A stretch of 64,000 nt of DNA. Origin: Gaiellales bacterium (GTDB taxonomy: Bacteria > Actinomycetota > Thermoleophilia > Gaiellales > Gaiellaceae). Location of the stretch: NCBI GenBank assembly GCA_038237145.1, contig JBBRZA010000002.1:7202-71201 (forward strand), written 5' to 3'. Of this stretch, positions 44,418 to 53,842 are shown one piece after another. The notes beneath the pieces are model-generated. The model ran no database searches, was not told where the DNA came from, and was given only the letters and a program-made list of their open reading frames with translations. Both the position numbers and the translations under genes were made by a program. Positions within the stretch are counted from its first letter, which is position 1. The number at the start of each line of letters is the position of its first letter.

Positions 44418-45620
44418 GTGCCTGTGGCTTCCAGACCCCTTCGAATTCTCTTCGCAGCGCCCGTCTGGGCGCCGTCACGCGCGTTCGGCGGCCCGGTTGT
44501 CGCCGCCGGGGAGCTCGTCCGCCGCCTGGTGGCCCATGGGCACACCGTCGACGTGATCACGACGACGATCCTCGATCTCCAGCAGCGTCCGGCCTCCCGG
44601 TCGGCCGTCGAGTTGGTGGACGGCGCGACCGTCCACTATCTCGCCACGCCGCTTCGCTATCGGTGGATGGGGATCACGCCGACGCTCCCGATCGCGCTGG
44701 CGCGTTTGCGCCGTCCGGACGTCGTGCACATTTTCGGCTTCCGCGACCCGATCACCACCGGCACCGCCGCCTGGTGCCGGGTAAGACGCGTGCCGTACGT
44801 CTTCGAGCCGCTCGGCATGTTCGAGCCACGGCTGCGCAAGGTTTTGCTCAAGCGACTGCTCGACGGGACGCTCTACCGCGGCGTCGCGCGCGGCGCTACG
44901 GCGGTGGTCGTCGCGTCGCCGCGCGAGCGAGACGCGACGACCGCGTGCGGCGTGGATCCGGGGAAAGTGCACGTGCGCGGCAACGGTTTCCCGGATCCCG
45001 ACGACAGCGGCACCGCGAACGGCGCGTTGCGCACACAGCTGCGCATCCCCGCAGAGGCGCCACTGATCCTTTACGTCGGCAGGATCGCCGCGGGCAAAGG
45101 CATCGAGCACCTCATCGAAACCACGCGGGAGATTCCCGATGCGCACCTCGTCGTCGCCGGGCCTGATGACCGCCATGGCGCAAGCGCGCTGCTGCAACAG
45201 GCACAGTTCGCTGCCGCAACGGCCGGCAGGGTCCACACCTTGCCCGTGACGGAGGAGCCGCCGCGTGACCTCTACCCGCAGGCCGACGTGTTCGTTCTCG
45301 CGTCGGCGGGCGAGAGCTTCGGAATGGTGGCCGCGGAGGCCGCTGCGGCCGGCACGCCGGTCGTCGTCTCCGACCGCTGCGGCATCGCAGGTTTCTTCGA
45401 GGACGGCGAGGCACTCATCGTTCCCTACGACGGTGCCGCGGTCGTCGACGCGGTACGGAGCGTGCTGTCGGACGCGACGTTGCGAGAACGACTCGCACGC
45501 GGCGGCGTGGCAGCAGCGCGGCGCACGTCGTGGGATCACGTCGCAGAGCTGCAGGAGGAGATCTACCGCGCGGCGGCGTCACGCACGGCGGCGACGAAGC
45601 CCTCGACCGAAGGCTCGTAG
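44418..45620 (+). CDS. GT4 glycosyltransferase
   Basis: LRILFAAPVWAPSRAFGGP, YVGRIAAGKG, GESFGMVAAEAAAAGTPVV. The start is either GTG 44418 or GTG 44424; the latter fits the leaderless spacing. Confidence 0.85.
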   Translation: MPVASRPLRILFAAPVWAPSRAFGGPVVAAGELVRRLVAHGHTVDVITTTILDLQQRPASRSAVELVDGATVHYLATPLRYRWMGITPTLPIALARLRRPDVVHIFGFRDPITTGTAAWCRVRRVPYVFEPLGMFEPRLRKVLLKRLLDGTLYRGVARGATAVVVASPRERDATTACGVDPGKVHVRGNGFPDPDDSGTANGALRTQLRIPAEAPLILYVGRIAAGKGIEHLIETTREIPDAHLVVAGPDDRHGASALLQQAQFAAATAGRVHTLPVTEEPPRDLYPQADVFVLASAGESFGMVAAEAAAAGTPVVVSDRCGIAGFFEDGEALIVPYDGAAVVDAVRSVLSDATLRERLARGGVAAARRTSWDHVAELQEEIYRAAASRTAATKPSTEGS

Positions 45621-47710
45621 TCCCAGTTACGCACGAGCCCGCGCGACCGCTCGCCGGCCTGCGTCCGCAGACCAGCATCCGCGGCGAGACGTTTGAACGC
45701 TTCGCCCGTCGCGTCCACGTCTCCGGCGCCGACGAGGAAGCCGTTCTCGCCGTCACACAGCAAGTCGTACGCCGCGCCGACGCGATCCGAGAGGACGAGT
45801 GGCAGCCCCGAGGCCGCGGCCTCGTTGACCACCACACCCCACGTCTCCCGCGTCGAGAGGAGTGCGAAGAGGTCCGCGGCCGCGTAGGCCTCTGCGATCC
45901 TGTCGGCGGGGAGGTCGCCCGTCAGACGCAAGCGCACGCCGAGCTCTTGCGCAAGTGCCTCGATCTCACGACGCTGCGGACCGTCACCTGCGACGACCAG
46001 CAACAGCTTCGGATCGCGGGCAGCCGCGACTCCCCGGACGAGAGTGTCCAGGCCCTTCTCGGGCCCGAGCCGGGCCACGGAAAGCAGGAGTACGTCGTCG
46101 GCTGCGGCGCCGAGCTCCGCCCTCAACTCGGGACGTCGTCGTGCAAGCTCGCGCTGCCGTTCCTCCCACGCGGGAACGTCGATCGTGTTCGCGAAGATGT
46201 GAATGCGCTCCCGTGGCGCGCCTCGTTCGACGAGCGAGTCGCGTGACGCAGTGCCGAGTGCGAGCGCACCTGCCGCACCACGGAGAACGCGCGGGACGAC
46301 TGCACCCTTGACGGCGCGCCGCCAGCCTTTGCGTGGGCCGAGATCGTGGCTCTCGACGAGCGGGAGGTAGGGCACGCCGCGCCGGCGGCACCACGCGATC
46401 GTGGCCTGCGCTGCGAAGGTGCTCCAGCCGGACACGACGACCACGTCGGGCCGGGGCTCGCGGAGCGCCCTGAGGATTCCGGGCGTCACGGGATAGTCGT
46501 GGTGGAGCACCCGCGCGAGCCCGGGAAGGGCAAGGCCGCGAAGGAACGTGCTCCGGTGCTGCGGCTCCACCGACCAGGTTCGTCCGGCCACGGTGTGGGC
46601 GGCATAGATCACGGTGAGCTCGAGCTCCGGCCGCGCGGCGATGAGGTCGAAGAGCGGCGACCGATACGGAGTCGGCTCGGGCGAGACGACGGTCACGCGA
46701 ATGGGGGCCGACGGCTCGTCCAGACTTTCCAGCCAGATGGCCGCTCGTCCCTGCGCGCGGCGCTCCTCACGCCGGCGTCGCGCCCTGCCCAGGGCGAGCC
46801 GGACGGGATACGTGGGCCCTAGGACGAGCCCATGGAGCGACTTGGCGCGGAGGAGCACCCTCGCTGCGCTCTCGCGTACCTCCGGGTCGGTGCCGTGCCG
46901 ACGCTCGAATGCCGCCAGCAGGGCCGCGTAAGGCCCGGCCGCAGCGGTACCAGGGCTCCCGCGGCCGCTGCCGAGCCTCCAGGCCAGCTCCGCCTCCTCC
47001 ACGCCCAGCTCCGGGGCGATGCGGGCGATCTCGCGGAGAGCGACCTGCCGCTGGAACGACTCCTGCAGATCGCTCCGACGGAGAGACGCCTGTCCGGCGT
47101 GCACGCGTTTGAGCACGAGCGGCTCGGCGAGGTTCGTACCGTCGCCGAGCGCGAGCAGCCTCGACCAGAGGTCGTAGTCCTCGCTCTCCAGGTACGCCGG
47201 GTCGTAGCGAAGCCCGTGCCGGTCGAGCAGCTCGCGATCGACGAGCATCGTCGGATGGAAGAACGGCGACCCGAAGAGGGTGAGCCAGCGCACGCCTCGC
47301 GTCCCGGCGGGATTTCGATGCAGCGTCCCCATGCGGCCGGTCTCGTCGAGATCGAGGATCCCGGTCCCGACCGCGGCGACCGGCGGATTCGCAGTGATTC
47401 GGGCGAGTTGCGACTCGAGGCGCTGGGGCAGGGCGACGTCGTCCGCATCGAGCCGGGCGGCGTATCTGCCCTGGGCCTCGTCGAGGCCACGGTTCAACGA
47501 CGCGGCGAGGCCGAGCTGCTGCTCGTTGCGGAGCAGCCGGAGCCGCGAGTCCTGGACGGCGGAGAGGACAGCCGGCGTCTCGTCCGTCGATGCGTCGTCG
47601 ACCACGATCAGCTCGAGGTCGTCCACGGTCTGCCGCAGCACGCTTTCGACGGCCGCCGCGAGGACGCGCGCGTCGTTATGGACGGACAGGAGAACCGAGA
47701 CCAGCGGCAC
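45563..47710 (-). CDS. two-domain glycosyltransferase: N-terminal GT2 fused to C-terminal GT4
   Basis: N-terminus: VSVLLSVHNDARVL..., IVVDDASTDET, LDADDV, ESEDYDLW. C-terminus: IRVTVVSPEPTPYRSPLF..., GPEKG, RETWGVVVNEAAASGLPLV...ENGFLV. The ORF is a single 715 aa with no internal stop. Confidence 0.85.
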   Translation of the reverse strand: MPLVSVLLSVHNDARVLAAAVESVLRQTVDDLELIVVDDASTDETPAVLSAVQDSRLRLLRNEQQLGLAASLNRGLDEAQGRYAARLDADDVALPQRLESQLARITANPPVAAVGTGILDLDETGRMGTLHRNPAGTRGVRWLTLFGSPFFHPTMLVDRELLDRHGLRYDPAYLESEDYDLWSRLLALGDGTNLAEPLVLKRVHAGQASLRRSDLQESFQRQVALREIARIAPELGVEEAELAWRLGSGRGSPGTAAAGPYAALLAAFERRHGTDPEVRESAARVLLRAKSLHGLVLGPTYPVRLALGRARRRREERRAQGRAAIWLESLDEPSAPIRVTVVSPEPTPYRSPLFDLIAARPELELTVIYAAHTVAGRTWSVEPQHRSTFLRGLALPGLARVLHHDYPVTPGILRALREPRPDVVVVSGWSTFAAQATIAWCRRRGVPYLPLVESHDLGPRKGWRRAVKGAVVPRVLRGAAGALALGTASRDSLVERGAPRERIHIFANTIDVPAWEERQRELARRRPELRAELGAAADDVLLLSVARLGPEKGLDTLVRGVAAARDPKLLLVVAGDGPQRREIEALAQELGVRLRLTGDLPADRIAEAYAAADLFALLSTRETWGVVVNEAAASGLPLVLSDRVGAAYDLLCDGENGFLVGAGDVDATGEAFKRLAADAGLRTQAGERSRGLVRNWDYEPSVEGFVAAVRDAAAR

Positions 47711-47716
47711 GGTCGT

Positions 47717-47723
47717 TAGCGTA
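47717..47723. promoter_or_regulatory. overlapping face-to-face -10-like hexamers (TAGCGT on plus, TACGCT on minus) in an 18-bp divergent spacer
   Basis: Plus strand: TAGCGT ACGGCC GTG(47729). Minus strand: TACGCT AACGACC GTG(47710). Confidence 0.45.
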
Positions 47724-47728
47724 CGGCC

Positions 47729-48574
47729 GTGGCGCCCGCCGAGCTTCCCTCATTCGATCTCGTGGTCGCCACGGTCGATCGCACAGCCGAGCCGGAGCGG
47801 CTGCTGGCTTCGCTGGAAGGCCAGACCCACTCTGCGTTCCGGATCGTGCTCGTCGACCAGAACGACGACGACCGGCTCGCGGAGGTCATCCGGCGCCACC
47901 CGTCGCTCGAGATCGAGCACGTCCACGCAAAGCGGGGGCTCTCCCGCGCTCGCAACGCCGGCCTGGCGCGGCTCGGCGCTGACGTCATCGCCTTTCCGGA
48001 CGACGACTGCACGTATCCCGACGACTTGCTCGAGCGTGTCGCGCATCGCTTCGCCGCCGATCCGAGCCTGGGTGGCCTGACCGGACGCGCGGCGGACATG
48101 AGCGGACGTTCGTCGCCGTCATGGCCGTTGGCTCCCGCTGAAGTGACACGCGAGAACATGTGGAACCGCGCGATTTCGTTCGCGATCTTTCTGCGCGCAT
48201 CGGTGGTTGGTGCCGTGGGTCTTTTCGACGAAGAGCTCGGCCTGGGCTCGGGCCGGCCGTGGTCGTCGGGAGAGGAGACGGAGTACCTCATCCGCGCGGT
48301 GGACGCAGGCGCGCGCATCGAGTACGACCCCGAGCTGCTGGTGCCCCACGACGAGAAGGCCTACACGCCCACCGCCCTGCGCATTGCGGGCGCCCGGGAC
48401 GGCGCAAGCGTCGGCTACATCCTGCGCAAGCACCGTTATCCGCCGGTGACGGTCGCCAGGATGCTGATCCGCCCCGCCGGAGGTGCAGCGCTCGCGCTCG
48501 CGCGACGGGACCGGGCACGCGCGGGCTTCCACCTCTCGACTCTGCGCGGCCGCCTGCTCGGCTACCGGAGCTGA
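47729..48574 (+). CDS. GT2 glycosyltransferase
   Basis: FDLVVATVDR..., VLVDQNDDDR, AFPDDDCTYPDD (DxD), GEETEY. Confidence 0.8.
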   Translation: MAPAELPSFDLVVATVDRTAEPERLLASLEGQTHSAFRIVLVDQNDDDRLAEVIRRHPSLEIEHVHAKRGLSRARNAGLARLGADVIAFPDDDCTYPDDLLERVAHRFAADPSLGGLTGRAADMSGRSSPSWPLAPAEVTRENMWNRAISFAIFLRASVVGAVGLFDEELGLGSGRPWSSGEETEYLIRAVDAGARIEYDPELLVPHDEKAYTPTALRIAGARDGASVGYILRKHRYPPVTVARMLIRPAGGAALALARRDRARAGFHLSTLRGRLLGYRS

Positions 48575-49647
48575 GGCTTCGCCAGGAGCTGGTTGAACAG
48601 CTCCTCGTGCCGGCCGAGCCATGGGCGCACGTCGAAGCGCTCGACGGCGCGCCGCCTCGCGGCCTTCGCGTACCGCGCACGGTCGGCGAGCACCCGCAGG
48701 ACGGCGTCCGCAAGCTCAGCCGCTGTGGGCGGCTGGTCGCGCTCCCAGCCAACCGGATGTGCAACGCCGATGCCTGCCTCGTCGCCGACGAGCTCGATCG
48801 TTCCTCCGCTCGCCGGGTACACGACCGGCAGGCCGCACGCCATCGCTTCGATCACGACGCTCGGGCACGGATCCTGGACCTTCGTGTGCAGAAGCAGATG
48901 CGCGCGGTGCATGATCTCCGGCGCGTCTCGCTGTGAGTAGCGGCCGAGGAACTCGACACGGTCACGCAGGCCCAGCTCCTCTACGAGAGGCTCGGCAGAC
49001 GACACGAGACGGCCGGTCACGAGCAGCCGCGCGGCGGGCTCGGTCGCGAGCACCTGCGCAAACACGCGCAGGCCGAGCTCGAGCCTGTACTCCTGGGTCT
49101 GATCGCCGCCGAGCAGGAGCACCGGGCCGCCGGCAGGCGCCCCGGCGGCAGGAGTGAAGTGGCTTAGGTCCACTGCGTTCGGGAGGATCTCCCAGCTACC
49201 GGGAGGCTCACCGAGGAATTCGTCCGCGGATCGCTTCGAGAACTCGCTCTGGTAGATGACGTGCTCAGCTGCCGCGAGCGCGCGCCGGTAGTGGTCGTTG
49301 AGCTCCGCCGTTCTGTCTCCTGCCCAACCCGGGTAGGCGACACCGTCCTGGTTGACGACGACCGGCACGGACCGGCGCTTCGCGAGGTCGAGCAGCGGCC
49401 CGAGATCGCGCGGCAGCCACGTCGAGCCGAGATAGAGCAACGTGAACCCGCTCGGGTCGTTCGGAAAGCGCGACGCAAGCCGCTGAAACTTCGCCGATCC
49501 GCCGGCGACAGGCTCGCCGGCCGCCGGTACCCGATCGTGCCCATAGAAGACGCGCAGACCGCGTCGCCGCGGCAGCGGCGAAAGAAGTCGCAGCCACCGC
49601 CACCCCGCGCGTGCATAGCGACCGGCGCGCGCCGCATCAATGCGCAT
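48562..49647 (-). CDS. GT1-fold (GT4-like) glycosyltransferase
   Basis: Start re-set to ATG 49647 (MRIDAARAG...). C-terminal DPCPSVVIEAMACGLPVVYPASGG. The upstream track extension is shadow-like. Confidence 0.7.
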   Translation of the reverse strand: MRIDAARAGRYARAGWRWLRLLSPLPRRRGLRVFYGHDRVPAAGEPVAGGSAKFQRLASRFPNDPSGFTLLYLGSTWLPRDLGPLLDLAKRRSVPVVVNQDGVAYPGWAGDRTAELNDHYRRALAAAEHVIYQSEFSKRSADEFLGEPPGSWEILPNAVDLSHFTPAAGAPAGGPVLLLGGDQTQEYRLELGLRVFAQVLATEPAARLLVTGRLVSSAEPLVEELGLRDRVEFLGRYSQRDAPEIMHRAHLLLHTKVQDPCPSVVIEAMACGLPVVYPASGGTIELVGDEAGIGVAHPVGWERDQPPTAAELADAVLRVLADRARYAKAARRRAVERFDVRPWLGRHEELFNQLLAKPQLR

Positions 49648-50740
49648 GCCGGCCGTCCTTCTGCACGAAGCCGGCGAGCAGACCCGCCCACAGCGGATCG
49701 AGCCGCTCGTCGGCGTATGCCTCGGCCGTCGGACGGCCCGCCGTGCGCAGGCGCGCCGCAAATTCCGCATCGTCGTGGACTCGCAGCACGGACGCAGCGA
49801 GCGCCTCGACGTCGTCGACGTCGGCGAGCAGTCCGTTCTCACCGTCGGAGACGAGCTCCGGTGCCTGGCCGACGCGGGTCGTCACGAGTGGGGCTCCTGT
49901 AGCCATCGACTCGAGCACGCTCTTCGGTCCACCCTCCTGCCGCGACGTGACGAGATAGACGTCGAGCGCGTGATATGCGGACGCGAGTCGACCGCGCGGC
50001 TTGAGGTTGGCGTAGCGATAAGGGATGGCGGCGCGCTCGAGCTCTCGACGGACATACCCGCGGGCAGGACCCGTCAGCAGCACGGCGAGATCGGGAATAC
50101 GAGCCCGCAGCAGCTCGAGCGTCACGACGAGCGTGTCGGGGCCCTTGATCTGCTTCGGCTCGAGCCCTTCCCCCCAGCCGACGCCGTCCTTCTGGAACGA
50201 GCCGACCACGAAAGCCGACTCCGGCAATCCGAGCTCCCGGCGCGAGTCGGCCCGCGCCTGCCCATCTACGAGCGGAAAATGCTCGATGTCGACGCCGATC
50301 GGGATGCGGAAGACGTTCGCACGATCGACGCCCGCCTCCAGAACGAGCTCTTCCATCTCGCGGTGCGTGACCTGAACGCGGTCGACGCGCGCAGCGTGGC
50401 TGCGCAAGGCCTGATGGGCCTCGTCGAATTCGGGATACCCGGGGGTCCCGGGGCGGCCGTGGAAGTACGACAGGCCGAGCCGATGGGACGAATCGAGCCA
50501 GCGCGGCCTGAGGGCGCCGAAGTGCTCGGAATGGAAGACGGCCTGGCGGTTTGCGAAGCGTGCCCAGGAGCCGGGGAAGACGTCGTAGCCGAGCCGCCGC
50601 GCAGTCCGGGAAAGGCGGGCGGTGTCGTCGTCGATCGACCAGCCGATGTCATCCCCAACTACGAAGAGACGCGACGCCTCCGGCCACCGAGCGGTGCGCG
50701 CAGGCACGTAGGCACGCAGGTACTGACGCGCGAGCCTCAC
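49637..50740 (-). CDS. GT4 glycosyltransferase
   Basis: GTG 50740 in a GTGA overlap. QKDGVGWGEGLEPKQIKGPD, SRQEGGPKSVLESMATGAPLV...ENGLL. Confidence 0.8.
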   Translation of the reverse strand: MRLARQYLRAYVPARTARWPEASRLFVVGDDIGWSIDDDTARLSRTARRLGYDVFPGSWARFANRQAVFHSEHFGALRPRWLDSSHRLGLSYFHGRPGTPGYPEFDEAHQALRSHAARVDRVQVTHREMEELVLEAGVDRANVFRIPIGVDIEHFPLVDGQARADSRRELGLPESAFVVGSFQKDGVGWGEGLEPKQIKGPDTLVVTLELLRARIPDLAVLLTGPARGYVRRELERAAIPYRYANLKPRGRLASAYHALDVYLVTSRQEGGPKSVLESMATGAPLVTTRVGQAPELVSDGENGLLADVDDVEALAASVLRVHDDAEFAARLRTAGRPTAEAYADERLDPLWAGLLAGFVQKDGRHAH

Positions 50741-51738
50741 CCTCGCAGCACCTCGAGGTAGCGCTCGGCCACGTCGGCGAGCGCCGGCACGCGGATCTCG
50801 GCGCGGCGCACCTCGAGCTCGCGACGCAGTCGAGAGAGGAGCTCCGGCAGCTCCTCCGCATCGTCGAAGCCGAGGCCACCCTCTCCGACGAGCTCCGGAT
50901 GGCCGCCGCTGCGCAGGAACGCCGCGGGCAACCCGCACGCAAGTCCTTCGAGCAGCGCGTTCGAGCAGGGGTCGTCACGGCTCGCCGCCAGGTAGACGTC
51001 CTGCGCACGCAGCAGCTCGGCGAGCTCGTGCGACGCGAGCGGCCCCACGACGCGGATTCGTTCGAACTTCGTGTCGGTACGGCCGGCGAACGTCACCTCG
51101 AACTCGTCCGCGTCGAGATGACAATCGAGCCATTCGAGCACGTCGGCGCCCTTGCGTGGGTTGTCCGACCAGCTGGTCGCAATCACGCGCAGGCGCCTGC
51201 CTGATAGCGAGGTAAGCGCGGCAGGCGGATGGAAGATCTCGGGGTCCGGAGCATTCGGGATCAACACCGGCGAGCGCAGCTCCAGCCCGAGCTCCGCATG
51301 CTTCTCCAGGCTATAGCGCGATTGGACGACGGTTGCGTCCGCAAACGCGCGGTTCAGATCGATGATGTGCTTGTCCGTTCCGTCGTCGAAGCCGCGGTAG
51401 ACATCGATCGGCCCGTCCACCCTGTGCACCATCCGCACGTCCTCGCGCGCAAAGCGACGCAACCGTGCGGCGTCGAAGTTGAAGGAGTTGAAGAGACAGC
51501 TCGTCGTGCCGCGGGAGATGCGATTCGTCTCGAGTCTCAGCCCTCGCCGTTCCAACTCACGCGACAGCGCGCGAACGAACTGGTGACCCCCGCCTGACGG
51601 CGGCGGCACATATTCGTGGAACACGGACAGGTCGGCCCCGCCGTGCCGCGACGAGAGCCAGTCGACATACGTGCGCGCAGGACGGAGAAGACGCCGGGCG
51701 TGCACCACCGCAGCTCGCGGTTTCGTGCGCAGGGGCAT
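50737..51738 (-). CDS. GT1-fold (GT4-like) glycosyltransferase
   Basis: SGGGHQFVRAL, SWSDNPRKG, SRDDPCSNALLEGLACGLPAA. Confidence 0.7.
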   Translation of the reverse strand: MPLRTKPRAAVVHARRLLRPARTYVDWLSSRHGGADLSVFHEYVPPPSGGGHQFVRALSRELERRGLRLETNRISRGTTSCLFNSFNFDAARLRRFAREDVRMVHRVDGPIDVYRGFDDGTDKHIIDLNRAFADATVVQSRYSLEKHAELGLELRSPVLIPNAPDPEIFHPPAALTSLSGRRLRVIATSWSDNPRKGADVLEWLDCHLDADEFEVTFAGRTDTKFERIRVVGPLASHELAELLRAQDVYLAASRDDPCSNALLEGLACGLPAAFLRSGGHPELVGEGGLGFDDAEELPELLSRLRRELEVRRAEIRVPALADVAERYLEVLRG

Positions 51739-52832
51739 CAGCTTGCAGCCAACGCTAGCCGACAGACTTCGAGCAACCGTTCGGCGTAGCGTTCGATGGT
51801 CGCATCGGCCAACACGCTCTCACGCGCGGACGTCCCGATTGCGCTGGCCCGCGGCTGATCGTCGAGCAACAGGCGCACGGAATGAGCCAGCTCGCGGGGA
51901 TCTGCCGGCGGCACGAGCACGAGGTTCTCCCCGTCGCGCAGCTCTGCGGGCGCCCATAGTCCGCGTGTCTTCGAGAGCACGACGGGCCGCCCAGTTGCCA
52001 TCGCCTGCAGCGTGACGCTCTGGCCCGAGGGCTGCGGGACGTCTTTCGTCGGGACGACGACCACTGCTGCGCGCCTGTAGAGGTCACGAACTTCCTCGTC
52101 GGTGAGCACCTGCGAGTACCAGTCGGCTCGCTGCCAGGTGACGTTCGGGGGCAGAGTGGACGGCGGAGCGTGGCGCGTGAAGATCCGGATCGGCGCCGAG
52201 ATGTAGGGGGCGGCAGCGACGAGCGTCTCCCAGTCGCGGTGGCCATCGTTGCCGATCGCGAGCACCTCGCGCGTGGGCTCGATGTTGCCGGGGACCCAGA
52301 AATCCGCGTCGACGCCGAACGGCACGACGTGCACGCGTTCGGCCGACCCGAGCCCGCGCAGGCCCTCGAGCTCGCCCGGGCCGTACAGGACCGCGTGCAT
52401 GCGGTGCAGCAGCGGCACGGTGGTGAGCCTGCGCGAGCGCCGCCAGGGATCGTTGAGCAGTCCCGCGACGATTCCGACGAGCGGCTGCCTTAGTCGAGCC
52501 GCCCGGCTCCAGGCGGCGAGCGCCATCGCGGTGCCGGTGGTGGTCGCGACGACCACGTCGGCGGAGCGAAGCTCCGGAAGCAGGCGGCTGGTCTCTCCGA
52601 GGACGGCGGCACTGAGATGCGGCGCCAGGTGCCCGCGGCCCGCGTTGCCGTCGACCAGCCGCCGTGCGACCCGTGAGACAGGTGCCGCAGGGTCCACTTC
52701 GTACTGCACGATCTCGTGGCCCGAGCTCTCCAGCTCGATCGCGCCGAACAGGAACTCGCTCGGAGCCGTGCCGGCTCGCGCAGCAGCGATGCGCGACAGC
52801 CGACCGGGGTAATGAACGAAGGCGATCTTCAT
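51738..52832 (-). CDS. GT1-fold glycosyltransferase-like protein
   Basis: MKIAFVHYPGRL..., PTKDVPQPSGQSVTLQAMATGRPVVLS...ENLVLVPP. Its stop overlaps the downstream start by 1 nt (TGATG). Confidence 0.65.
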   Translation of the reverse strand: MKIAFVHYPGRLSRIAAARAGTAPSEFLFGAIELESSGHEIVQYEVDPAAPVSRVARRLVDGNAGRGHLAPHLSAAVLGETSRLLPELRSADVVVATTTGTAMALAAWSRAARLRQPLVGIVAGLLNDPWRRSRRLTTVPLLHRMHAVLYGPGELEGLRGLGSAERVHVVPFGVDADFWVPGNIEPTREVLAIGNDGHRDWETLVAAAPYISAPIRIFTRHAPPSTLPPNVTWQRADWYSQVLTDEEVRDLYRRAAVVVVPTKDVPQPSGQSVTLQAMATGRPVVLSKTRGLWAPAELRDGENLVLVPPADPRELAHSVRLLLDDQPRASAIGTSARESVLADATIERYAERLLEVCRLALAAS

Positions 52833-52873
52833 CTCGGCGGCCCGAGGCTACCGCGCGGTACGGTTGGGCCACG

Positions 52874-53842
52874 ATGCACCGACAGCGCACACGTCTTGCC
52901 GCGCGCGTTCCGAGCCGCGCCCAGCCAGTGGCGAAGGCAGTCGAAAAGACCGGAATCGTCGCGACGTACCGACTCCACGACCGGCTTCTCTCCAACCGCG
53001 CGAGCCGCCGCCACTACGCGGACAGCCCGCCGGCCCTGAGCGACGTGCAGCGCCACATCGTCGAGGCGGTCGACCGTGAGGGCTACACGACGGTGCGTTT
53101 CGACGAGCTCGTCTCCGACGACGCTCTGCGCGACGCTGTGCTCGAGCAGGGGGCGTCCTTCGTGGAACAGACGGAGCGGGGCCTGCGCGAGGAGGACAAG
53201 AACGGGGGCTCGGAGCTTCGCCGCCGCCCCGGCAAGGAGTTCCTCGTCAGGGCTCACAGCTTCGACGGCGTCCGGCTCGGCCTCGATCACGCGTGGCTGC
53301 GCGCGGCGTTGTCGCCGCACATGCTCGCCGTCGCGAACGCGTACCTGCGCATGTGGGCAAAGCTCTCGTACGTCGACCTCTGGTACACCGTGCCGCAGCC
53401 GGCCGAGGCCGAGCGCGTCGCCTCGCAACTCTGGCATTACGACTTCGACGACAAGCACCTGCTGAAGGCGTTCCTCTACCTGGACGACGTCGACAAGGAG
53501 ACAGGCCCCTTCGAGTATGTGGCGGGCAGCCAGCCCGGAGGTCCGCATCACGACGTGCGTCCATGGCGGCCCATGGGGTACGGCCGTGTGCCCGAGGAGG
53601 ACGTGCAACGCAGCGTTCCGGACGAAGCGATCCGCACGTTCGCTGCTCCCCGCGGGACGATCATCTTCTGCAACACGAGCGGCCTTCATCGTGGCGGATT
53701 CGCTACCTCGCGAGCACGCGTGCTTTCAACCGCGACGTACTGCTCACCTGCATCCCTTGCCGCTCTGTCGCAGCGGAACTACGACGTAGACCCCTCCCAG
53801 CTGAACGATCTCAGCCGGGAGGGGCGCTACGCCGTGAGTTAG
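52874..53842 (+). CDS. Fe(II)/2-oxoglutarate-dependent dioxygenase, phytanoyl-CoA dioxygenase (PhyH) family
   Basis: Start ATG 52874. WHYDFDD (HxD facial-triad motif) and a distal GLHRGG histidine. The size and layout are typical of PhyH. Confidence 0.7.
   Translation: MHRQRTRLAARVPSRAQPVAKAVEKTGIVATYRLHDRLLSNRASRRHYADSPPALSDVQRHIVEAVDREGYTTVRFDELVSDDALRDAVLEQGASFVEQTERGLREEDKNGGSELRRRPGKEFLVRAHSFDGVRLGLDHAWLRAALSPHMLAVANAYLRMWAKLSYVDLWYTVPQPAEAERVASQLWHYDFDDKHLLKAFLYLDDVDKETGPFEYVAGSQPGGPHHDVRPWRPMGYGRVPEEDVQRSVPDEAIRTFAAPRGTIIFCNTSGLHRGGFATSRARVLSTATYCSPASLAALSQRNYDVDPSQLNDLSREGRYAVS

Noticed and set aside
52845-52864. TAGCCT (minus) and TACGGT (plus) hexamers in the 52833-52873 divergent spacer
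   Set aside because: The spacings to the start codons (12 and 9 nt) fall outside the 6-8 nt seen at the other 11 sites, so they are not counted in the leaderless set.
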